Of a DNA stretch of 15,491 nt, positions 8,570-15,491 are shown one piece after another; the stretch's first letter is position 1; each line of letters starts with the position of its first letter. The notes beneath the pieces are model-generated. The model made no database searches, was not told the DNA's origin, and was given only the letters and a program-made list of their open reading frames with translations. This DNA comes from Candidatus Latescibacterota bacterium (GTDB lineage Bacteria; Latescibacterota; UBA2968; UBA8231), in contig CBDBIJ010000099.1 of assembly GCA_965205655.1 (NCBI GenBank), positions 1 to 15,491 on the forward strand, read 5' to 3'. The position numbers and the translations under genes are program-made.

Positions 8570-9532
8570 TCAAAACCCGCAACGCTCGGCGGCGCGGAAG
8601 AACGGTTCCGACATGGCCATGGCGCCGCGAAAGGCCATATCGCTCGTGAACGGGTGCACGCAGATGAGACGAGCGCCGTTCTCGATGGCCCGGACTATGT
8701 TATCCTCGATCTCCACCGGGTCTTCCATGGAGCCGCTGCCGACGACGCGTCCCAGGCAAATTCCCCGAGATGCGGCGGCTCTAAAGAGGGCGTCGACGGC
8801 GTCCTCCACTTCGGGGAGATCACCCTCTCTCATTATGGCGTCAAAGGGTCCGACGAATCCGCAGGCACGGTTGCGTCCCTGGGCGGCCATCAGGTCGAGG
8901 AGGCGGTCGCGCAAATCGACGTCGAGGATGTACTCGGCAGTTTCGAATTGAAGCCAACCTTGCGTTTCCGTTTCCACGCCGCGCAGAGAGTCGGGTGTGA
9001 ACGCGAAATTCCGGTCGCCATAGCGAATCGGATACCCGCCGCGGTCGTCCCGTGTAGCCTCGCCCGCAATCGGAAACGCGATCGAGCGATAAAATCGCTC
9101 GGCCTCTTCGAACGTCGTGCCGTAGGGTTTCATGGTAGCCCGGGCACCGAGTTGAAAGACATCACCGTGAGAGCTGAAGGCCTCGCGGTGCAGTCGTTGC
9201 ATCGGCAGCAATCCGCATCGGCACTGCGTGGCGTTGTGTTCAGTGCCGTACCAGCCCTCCCACTGTTTGTGCTCGGCGTCGTTGGCAATCCAGGAAAACC
9301 CGGCCCTGGCCCACGTGTGTGCCTCATTCTCGCGAAACTGGTGCCACGGTATGTCGTTGAAGATTCCCAGGAGCGGTGGCGTCTCCTCGACGCTGGCGGC
9401 GCGGTCCAGCACCTCCTTGAGCGGGTTTCTGCTCGGATTCATCGCATAGGCGTGAGCGCGGCGGGCGAACTCCTCGGTCTCGAGCGGTCGAGATCCGCCG
9501 ATCGCGTCAATCGCGGAAACAGGAGCGGTCAC
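8570..9532 (-). CDS. HpcH/HpaI class II aldolase/citrate lyase family protein (divergent)
   Basis: AGFSWIANDAEH (cf. GFDWLLIDGEH), PMQR, LQFETAE (cf. QIET), FVGPFD (cf. FIGPAD); GGAGG RBS upstream of a GTG start. Confidence 0.75.
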   Translation of the reverse strand: MTAPVSAIDAIGGSRPLETEEFARRAHAYAMNPSRNPLKEVLDRAASVEETPPLLGIFNDIPWHQFRENEAHTWARAGFSWIANDAEHKQWEGWYGTEHNATQCRCGLLPMQRLHREAFSSHGDVFQLGARATMKPYGTTFEEAERFYRSIAFPIAGEATRDDRGGYPIRYGDRNFAFTPDSLRGVETETQGWLQFETAEYILDVDLRDRLLDLMAAQGRNRACGFVGPFDAIMREGDLPEVEDAVDALFRAAASRGICLGRVVGSGSMEDPVEIEDNIVRAIENGARLICVHPFTSDMAFRGAMAMSEPFFRAAERCGF

Positions 9533-9554
9533 GGTTCATCCTCCAGTTGAGGTT

Positions 9555-10274
9555 TTACGCGGCAGTTGCTCTCGCATGATCGCACATTCGCCGCAAACAG
9601 CATTCGGAACAGATCGGCCTCGTGCGGCAGCGCTCGACCGCATGCCGTACCAGCAGCGCGTGGTATTCATTGTAGATGTCGGCGTCAGCGGGCAATGTGT
9701 TCGCGAACAGGGACTGAAGGTCGGTGTAGCTCACTTTCTCGTCGACGAGGCCGATGCGAGAGCAGATTCGCCTGGTGTAGGCATCGACGACGAAGGCCTC
9801 GCGCTGAGCGGCATACAAGAGAATCGAGTCGGCAGTCTCGGGACCGATGCCGTTGAGCGACAGCAACTCGTCGCGCAGATCCCCGCCGCTCAGAAAGTCG
9901 GAAACGCTCCCACCGTAGCGATCCACCACATACAGCGCCAGCTCGCCAAGACGCCGCGCCTTTTGATTGTAATACCGAGAAGGCCTGATAAGCCGGGCGA
10001 GCTCTGAGTGTGACAGGCGGCACATCCGAGCGGGCCGCAGAGCGTCGCTGCTGCACAGCGTGCGAATCGCTTCCTCGGCATTCGACCAGCCCGTGTTCTG
10101 CGTCAGAATGGCGCCGACGACAACCTCCCAACGCTCGCTGTCGTGAAGAGGCCGACTCGTTTCGCCAGGATAGTACTTCGGGGAGCTAGCGCCCGGCGTC
10201 GTCGTCGGCCACCATCCCTGAGGGCCGTAGCGACCGAGAAGGCGCCGGTAGATTCTCTGAAGTTTTCGCCTCAC
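9555..10274 (-). CDS. HhH-GPD superfamily DNA glycosylase (endonuclease III-related) with a C-terminal Fe-S cluster motif
   Basis: YGPQGWWP, EVVVGAILTQNTGW, LIRPSRYYNQKA, LLSLNGIGPETADSILLYA, FVVDAYT, C-x5-C-x2-C-x5-C. Start reassigned to GTG at 10274 because the longer ORF overlaps the divergent gene. Confidence 0.88.
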   Translation of the reverse strand: MRRKLQRIYRRLLGRYGPQGWWPTTTPGASSPKYYPGETSRPLHDSERWEVVVGAILTQNTGWSNAEEAIRTLCSSDALRPARMCRLSHSELARLIRPSRYYNQKARRLGELALYVVDRYGGSVSDFLSGGDLRDELLSLNGIGPETADSILLYAAQREAFVVDAYTRRICSRIGLVDEKVSYTDLQSLFANTLPADADIYNEYHALLVRHAVERCRTRPICSECCLRRMCDHARATAA

Positions 10275-10396
10275 GCCACGGGAAGATGGGTTTTTGCGCG
10301 TCGGCAGGTCAAGGGCAACCACTTCCACAAGCAGCTTCGAGGCTTTACATTGTGCAATCTTTGCCACGCCGGAACACCTATCGAGGGATGTCGAGG

Positions 10397-11467
10397 ATGC
10401 CTGGACGATACAAAGCGGCAGCGATCGGAGACACTGGCCGAGGCGGCTACGGTCACGGAATTCACATTCCATACAAAGGCCTTGAACACGTCGACTTCGT
10501 GGCCGTGGCAGACCGGGACGAAGAGGGACGGCAGAAAGCTCAGGAGGAGACCGGGGCGCCGCGCTCCTACGCCGACTACGAAGAGATGTTGAAGTCCGAA
10601 GAGCCCGACTTCGTCAGCGTCTGCCCGCGATGGCCGCAGCGTCATCGAGAGCTGATCACAGCCTGTGTAGACGCCGGCGCCCACGTCTACAGCGAAAAGC
10701 CGATGACCTCGACTCTGGAGGATGGAGATGCCATCGTCGCCAGGGCAAAGGAGAAGGGCGTGAAAATCGCGGTGGCCCACCAGGCCGTGTACCTGCCGCG
10801 GGTGCACGGGGTCAGGGAACTGGTGCGGGACGGGCTCATCGGCGACGTGCTCGCGATCTACGCCCACGGCAAGCAGGATAGCCGCGGCGGCGGCGAGGAC
10901 ATGATCGTTCTGGGTACCCACCTGTTCAATACGATGCGTTTCTTCGCCGGCGATGTGCGCTGGATGTCGGCGCAGGTGACCGCAGAGGGTCGAGAGCTCG
11001 AGCCCGGGGATGTGCGAGAGCCGACCGAACCTGTCGGACCGGTGGCCGGAGACTGTATCAACTCCTACTTCGCCTTCGAGTCCGGTGTCTCCGGGTTTTT
11101 CGATTCGCGCCGTTACGAGACGCCGGCTGAGCGCTACGGTATGGAGATAGTCGGCAGTGAGGGAATACTGGCGTTTCGGACCGGCGACGACTTCACGATC
11201 TATCCCCATCCGGTCCTCGACCCGTCTAACGCGGACCAGCAATGGGAATCCCTCGATCTCCCGGATCAGCCGTTGGGATCGGGCAATCAGCTGGCGATCA
11301 TCGACCTCATCGACGCAGCCGAGAAGGATCGCAAGCCGATCTCGAGCGACGCCGACGCCGTGGCGGCGCTCGAGATGATTCTGGGCGCCTACGAATCGCA
11401 GATCACGGGCGCCCGAGTCGAATTCCCGATGCGCAACAGAGCACACCCGCTGGTGGCGTGGTCGTAG
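10397..11467 (+). CDS. Gfo/Idh/MocA family oxidoreductase
   Basis: AAAIGDTGRGGYGHGIH, VAVAD, YADYEEML..EEPD.VSV, HVYSEKPM, LGTHLF. Start reassigned to ATG 10397 (or 10388) behind GAGGGA. Confidence 0.9.
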   Translation: MPGRYKAAAIGDTGRGGYGHGIHIPYKGLEHVDFVAVADRDEEGRQKAQEETGAPRSYADYEEMLKSEEPDFVSVCPRWPQRHRELITACVDAGAHVYSEKPMTSTLEDGDAIVARAKEKGVKIAVAHQAVYLPRVHGVRELVRDGLIGDVLAIYAHGKQDSRGGGEDMIVLGTHLFNTMRFFAGDVRWMSAQVTAEGRELEPGDVREPTEPVGPVAGDCINSYFAFESGVSGFFDSRRYETPAERYGMEIVGSEGILAFRTGDDFTIYPHPVLDPSNADQQWESLDLPDQPLGSGNQLAIIDLIDAAEKDRKPISSDADAVAALEMILGAYESQITGARVEFPMRNRAHPLVAWS

Positions 11468-11483
11468 GCTGACGACCAATAGA

Positions 11484-12247
11484 ATGAATCGGGAAACGGG
11501 CCCGGCAGTTCCTGACGGAACCCCAGACGAAAACACTCGACAGCCGTGGAGAAAGAGCGTTCGCAGCTACTACGGCGTCGTCGGTCTCTACACCCTGTCC
11601 GCCGCACTGATATGGGGTGTCAATACGCTGTTTCTGTTGGATGCGGGGCTCGATATCTTCGAGGTGTTCGTGGCCAACGCATTCTTTACGGCGGGCAACG
11701 TCGTCTTCGAGGTTCCCACCGGCGTCGTGGCCGATACCTGGGGCAAGCGAGCCTCTTTCCTGCTCAGCGTCACCATCCTCTTCGTAACCACTCTCGGATA
11801 CGTGGGAGCGGCGCATGTGAACGCCGGACTGGCGACCTTCTGCGCCATCTCCTTTTTCATAGGCCTCGGCTTCACCTTCTACTCGGGCGCGGTAGAGGCG
11901 TGGCTCGTCGATGCGCTCAAGAGCGGCGGCTACGAAGGCCAGATGGATCGCATCTTCGCCCGCGGGGCAATGGTGTCGGGCGCGGCGATGGTCGTCGCCG
12001 CAATCGCAGGCGGTGTGCTCGGCAGCATTCATCTGTCCCTGCCATATGTCGTGCGGGCCGCCATTCTCGTCATCGTCTTCTTCTTCGCCCTCGTCGCCAT
12101 GGTCGAACCCGGGTTCAAGCGCGCTTCGATCGGGCTATCGCAGTTCATGGTGTCGCTGCGCGAGACGGCGAGCACGAGCATCACCTACGGCTGGAACGAG
12201 CGGTCGGTGCGGCGGCTGATGATTTTTTCTTCGCAATGAATGGATTC
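11484..12247 (+). pseudogene. MFS transporter, truncated after the N-terminal six-helix bundle
   Basis: FEVPTGVVADTWGKRAS (MFS motif A variant), FYSGAVEAWLVDAL and about six hydrophobic helices. Only about 250 aa precede the compositional break, and the C-terminal half is absent from the window. Confidence 0.85.
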
Positions 12248-12251
12248 GGGC

Positions 12252-12280
12252 CTGACTTTGCTCCATAGATACCTTATAAT
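12252..12280 (+). promoter_or_regulatory. Sigma70-type promoter for the IS1595 transposase
   Basis: CTGACT (12252-12257), 17-bp spacer, perfect TATAAT (12275-12280); AAGGAG RBS at 12293-12298; ATG at 12307. Confidence 0.7.
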
Positions 12281-12306
12281 GTAAGAACAGCAAAGGAGAT
12301 AAGTCA

Positions 12307-13183
12307 ATGAACATACTGGACGTTGCCAACAGATTCCCGACTCAAGAATCCTGCATTGCCCACTTGGAAAGCATCCGCTATAAAGACGATGCTTATTGCC
12401 CGCGTTGTGGTAGCGTAGACGTAGCACGCAAGGCAGACGGCCAGCGGGTGGGACGCTGGAACTGCCACGACTGCAAAGCCAGCTTCAATGTCCTTTCCGG
12501 CACGATTTTCCAGGGCACGCATCTCCCACTTCAGAAATGGTTCTGCGCAATCGCCCTCATTGTGAATGCCAAGAAGTCCCTGTCCAGCCACCAGTTGAGC
12601 CGTGACTTGAGCCTAAATCAATCCTCTGCCTGGTATATGCAACAGCGTATTCGTTCGGAAATGGCTACGAAGCACGGCACCAGAATGTTACACGGCATCA
12701 TAGAAGCTGACGAAACCTATGTCGGCGGGAAGCCTCGGAAGCGGCACCGCAACGACAAGACTCAGCATCCCAGGGGCCGTGGCACCAGCAAAAACGTCAG
12801 TTATCGGGGCCGTAGAACGCGGCGGCCGCGTAGTTGCTCAAGTAGCCAAAGACCTAACCGGCAAGGGCGTCTTGAAATTCATCAAAAGTACTGTGGATCC
12901 TGCCGGTTCCCACCTTATCACAGACGAATATAGCGCCTATAATGCGGTTGAAAAGTTCGTCTCCCGTTCAGTAATCGACCACAGCCAAACCTATGCCGAT
13001 GGCGTGATCCACACTAACACCATCGAAGGCGTCTGGAGCTTGCTCAAGCGCGCCTGGTATGGGTCCCATCACCACTACACGAAGCGCTACACGCCCCTCT
13101 ACGTCGCTGAAGCCTGCTACAAATACAACCACCGCAAAGACAACCACGCGTTTGACTCGTTCATGACGGATTGCTTCGCGTAA
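12307..13183 (+). pseudogene. IS1595-family DDE transposase with a +1 frameshift in the A5 run at 12790-12794 (291 aa if repaired)
   Basis: Zn ribbon CPRCGS...CHDC, GTIFQGTHLPLQKWF, HTH, IEADETYVGG, then GRGTSK|TSVIGAVER, LITDEYSAY, HTNTIEGVWSLLKR, YVAEACYKYNHR. Confidence 0.93.
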
Positions 13184-13254
13184 CAACCGTGCGTTCTTTG
13201 CTGTTTCCGCAGCCACCCCCTTTCCATCACCACCGTTGACCTAAGGAGGACGCG

Positions 13255-13499
13255 ATGGCCTACGAAGAGGAAAAAGCCAACATAGAGAGGAACCTCCGCT
13301 TGCCAGCACCTCGGGTCAGGAGGCTCTTCAGTATACGGAAGCCCTGGAAAGGATCAATAAACTACAGGGGGGGGAGACCAGCAGTCTTGCGAAGCGCGTT
13401 GATGCGCTGGAGGAGATTGTCGAGACGCTGATCCAGAAGATCAAGGTCATCGAGCGCCCCGCGAGAGGCCACATGGATTCGGCAAATCCAAGTGACTGA
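13255..13499 (+). CDS. Hypothetical small coiled-coil protein, 81 aa if one missing base near 13299 is restored
   Basis: Strong RBS AAGGAGGA (13243-13250) and ATG give MAYEEEKANIERNLR, continuing in another frame as LASTSGQEALQYTEALERINKLQGGETSSLAKRVDALEEIVETLIQKIKVIERPARGHMDSANPSD*. Confidence 0.55.
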
Positions 13500-13697
13500 T
13501 CCCGCTCGATCAGGCGCCGGATGCCCTCTCTCCATCTTGGTTTCAGTTTGCCGCCTTGCATGTCACTAATAATGGGCCTGGGTGCTTCCTCTAGTGGATG
13601 CTGTTCACGCAGCATCGCGAAGCAGCCCGGCCATCAAAAACTGCACCATCCAGAACCGCAGCAGAGCACACACCACCAAACAAAAAGGAAGGCGAAA

Positions 13698-13994
13698 ATG
13701 CAAGACTGGTCACAGCTACTCAACCGCTCCGATGTTCTCATTCTGGATACAGAAACAACCGGACTGGGAGCGCAAGATGAGATTGTCGAGCTTGCCATTA
13801 TAGACACAAACGGAACCGTCAAGTTTGACAACCTCATTCAACCGACAATTCCAATTCCGGAAGAGGCTTCCAGGATTCACGGGATAACAGATGATATTCT
13901 TCAAGACGACAATGCCGTGTCCTGGAATCAATATCATGTGGCAATAGTGAGCTTGCTAACGAAAGCCAGTTTTGTCCTAATCTACAATTCCGAA
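13698..13994 (+). pseudogene. DEDD(h) 3'-5' exonuclease (DnaQ/epsilon-like), N-terminal part, interrupted by IS256
   Basis: RBS AAAGGAAGG; ExoI LDTETTGL, EIVELAIID, LIQP..PIPEEASRIHGIT, LIYNSE up to the insertion point. Confidence 0.9.
13987..13994 (+). repeat. Left copy of the 8-bp target-site duplication ATTCCGAA
   Basis: Identical octamer at 15372-15379; both copies directly abut the IRs. Confidence 0.95.
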
Positions 13995-15371
13995 GAGCTA
14001 GGGTCAAATGGTGTGTAAACGACTCAGGCGGCGATCTTCTTCCTTTGCGCGATGGGTGATCCGTTTTCGTAGCACTCCCCGGCGTAGACGTCAGCCATGA
14101 GATGCGGTGCATTGAGTCGCCGGAATCGTTTCTCGGCCACCATCAGGACCCGCCAAATGAGGGCGGTGGCATTGGCCACCTTCCTGTATCGTTTGGCCGC
14201 ATTGGTTCGCAACCGTACCGAAGCGAAGGGACTTTCGACGACGTTGGTGGTGCGCAGGTGTTGCCAGTGGGCCTCGGGAAAGTCGTAGAATGTCACCATA
14301 CGGTCCCAATCGCGCTCAAGGATATCGACGGCGTCTGGACACTCGCGGCGAAACCGTTTGGCGAATTGATCGCGACGTTTTCGTCGCTTCCTGACGGGTC
14401 GGCGCGTACGGGATCTGTGTCAGCAGGTGCCGCCCTTCGACCTGCACGCGTTTTGGCAGCTTATCCAGCACGTTCAGGATGCGGTGATTCCAGCATCGCT
14501 GTTCAGCCGTCTCCGGCCAGACCTCTGCCAGGGCCGCCCAGATACCCAGGTGCCCATCCGCCACCAACAACTTCGCCACGCTCAGTCCGCGGTCACGCAG
14601 ATCGCGCAGTACGCCCGCCCACGACTCTGTCGATTCGCGATAGCCCGGGACAATCGTCAGGACTTCTTTGCGCCCATCGCTCATCGCGCCGATGACCACC
14701 AGGAGAGCGGCTTTTTGCTTCTCAAGACCGGCTTTGACGTAGATCCCGTCCGCCCAGGCGTAGACGAGCTCGCGGTCATCCAGTCGTCGGCTGCGCCAGG
14801 CGTTGTATTCGACGATCCACTTCTCACGCAAACGAGCGATCGAGGACGCCGACAAAGGCGCTCCCTTGCCCAGCAGGCCGCGCAGCGCCAGCTCGAAGTC
14901 GCCCTGAGACAAACCGTGCAGGTAAAGCTCTGGCAGCAGCTGACCTATTTCTTGGGTGCGCCGGGCGAACAGCGGCAGTACCGCACTCTCAAATCGCTCT
15001 TCCAGACCCCGCACCCGAGGGCGTTTCACCTCGATCGTGCCCGAGGTCAAGGACAGTCGCCGCCGCTTCCCGTACCCATTGCGGTAGCCGCCGGCTGCGT
15101 CCAACGGTGCCTGTCGCTCGTACCGTGACCGTCCCAGCGCATGGGTGACTTCTTCATCCAGAACCGACTGCATCAGCGACTGAATCTGCGAGCGTGTCCA
15201 CTCTTCCAGCGTTTCGAACGTGGGCATGGACATTTCCGTCGTGCTCGGCTTAGGTTGTGCCATGGCGATTCTCCTCTTCCTGCCGGGATAGCCCCGGCGT
15301 TTGTGATGGCTAATTACAAAGGAAGGGTAGGGTCGCCGTCTGTCTATTTCCACACCTTCTGATTATAGCTC
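13995..15371 (-). mobile_element. Complete IS256-family insertion sequence, 1377 bp
   Basis: Imperfect terminal IRs: GAGCTAGGGTCAAATGGTGTGTAAA from 13995 versus the reverse complement of the other end, GAGCTATAATCAGAAGGTGTGGAAA. 8-bp TSD and an internal IS256 transposase. Confidence 0.95.
14024..15263 (-). pseudogene. IS256-family (Mutator-type) transposase with a +1 frameshift at 14378-14381 (412 aa if repaired)
   Basis: YRNGYGKR, LYLHGLSQGDF, YAWADGIY, GYRESTESW, LLVADG, QRCWNH, then EATK|RRDQFAKRF...LERDWDRMVTFYDFP..HW.HLRTTNVVESPF; RBS GGAAGAGGAG before ATG at 15263. Confidence 0.93.
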
Positions 15372-15379
15372 ATTCCGAA
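15372..15379 (+). repeat. Right copy of the target-site duplication ATTCCGAA
   Basis: Matches 13987-13994 exactly. Confidence 0.95.
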
Positions 15380-15491
15380 TTCGATATAACAATGATTCAG
15401 CAAACAGCTAGGAAGCATCAACTTATTTTCCCTGCCTTTCAGGCACGATGCATTATGAAAGATTATGCGGGAACACAGCGGTGGTGCAGTT
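15380..15491 (+). pseudogene. Continuation of the DEDD exonuclease after IS256; runs off the window
   Basis: Removing the IS and one TSD copy gives in-frame LIYNSE-FDITMIQQTARKHQLIFPAFQARCIMKDYAGTQRWCS, restoring the ExoII YNxxFD motif. Confidence 0.9.

Larger units (their letters stand above)
12248..13183 (+). mobile_element. IS1595-family element; left end at about 12248, right end not identified
   Basis: Transposase gene, interruption of the MFS gene and a shift to more AT-rich sequence. GGGCCTGAC at 12248 resembles IS1016-type GGGGCTG ends, but no matching right IR was found. Confidence 0.7.

Noticed and set aside
10275..10472. Long overlapping N-termini of the glycosylase (to 10472) and oxidoreductase (from 10286) ORFs
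   Set aside because: Family-like sequence begins only at 10274 and 10397, so the gap is better read as a divergent promoter region.
51..12032. Numerous long alternative-frame and antisense ORFs (e.g. 51..824, 6162..6989, 8564..9550, 10271..11536)
   Set aside because: These are typical shadow ORFs of high-GC coding DNA, Arg/Pro/Ala-rich and without family motifs.
12286..13205. Inverted repeat AACAGCAAAG / CTTTGCTGTT flanking the IS1595 transposase as terminal IRs
   Set aside because: Only 10 bp, does not extend outward, would exclude the promoter, and has no flanking direct repeat.
12240..13482. Direct repeat ATGGATTCGG at 12240-12249 and 13473-13482 as the IS1595 target duplication
   Set aside because: The MFS frame does not resume after the second copy (GFGKSK*), base composition does not revert, and the adjacent sequence gives only a 5-bp match (AGGCC) to the putative left end.
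13328..13615. 95-aa minus-strand ORF
   Set aside because: No RBS or recognisable motif; it is largely the antisense shadow of the better-supported plus-strand coiled-coil ORF.
13572..13634. HDV-like ribozyme or SRP RNA (TTCCTC, GCGAA and GAAGCAGC motifs)
   Set aside because: There is not enough sequence between the would-be P2 and P4 to form P3/L3/P1, and the SRP CAGG...GNRA helix is absent.
13521..13697. N-terminal extension of the exonuclease ORF from ATG 13521
   Set aside because: Low-complexity translation; a good RBS precedes ATG 13698, where the domain begins.

Overview
High-GC chromosomal segment from a diderm bacterium. The PpiD N-terminus and the Bacteroidota-style outer-membrane protein suggest the FCB superphylum, by inference only. 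Bases 1-12247 hold housekeeping and metabolic genes: OppF/DppF ATPase (5'-truncated), PpiD/SurA-like PPIase, beta-hydroxyacid dehydrogenase, NAD kinase, MmgE/PrpD, an unusual long serine O-acetyltransferase-like protein, a frameshifted TorF-like outer-membrane protein, an HpcH/HpaI aldolase-like protein, an HhH-GPD glycosylase, a Gfo/Idh/MocA oxidoreductase and a truncated MFS transporter. At about 12248 the MFS gene is cut off by a more AT-rich insertion. This carries an IS1595-family transposase with its own promoter, a hidden 81-aa coiled-coil ORF, a structured leader and a DEDD 3'-5' exonuclease. The exonuclease is split by a complete 1377-bp IS256-family element with terminal inverted repeats and an 8-bp target duplication. 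Five single-base indels after position 7900 all change the length of a homopolymer run and may be long-read errors. I cannot establish a clearly new multi-gene system. The best leads are the IS1595 cargo module and the divergent acetyltransferase.
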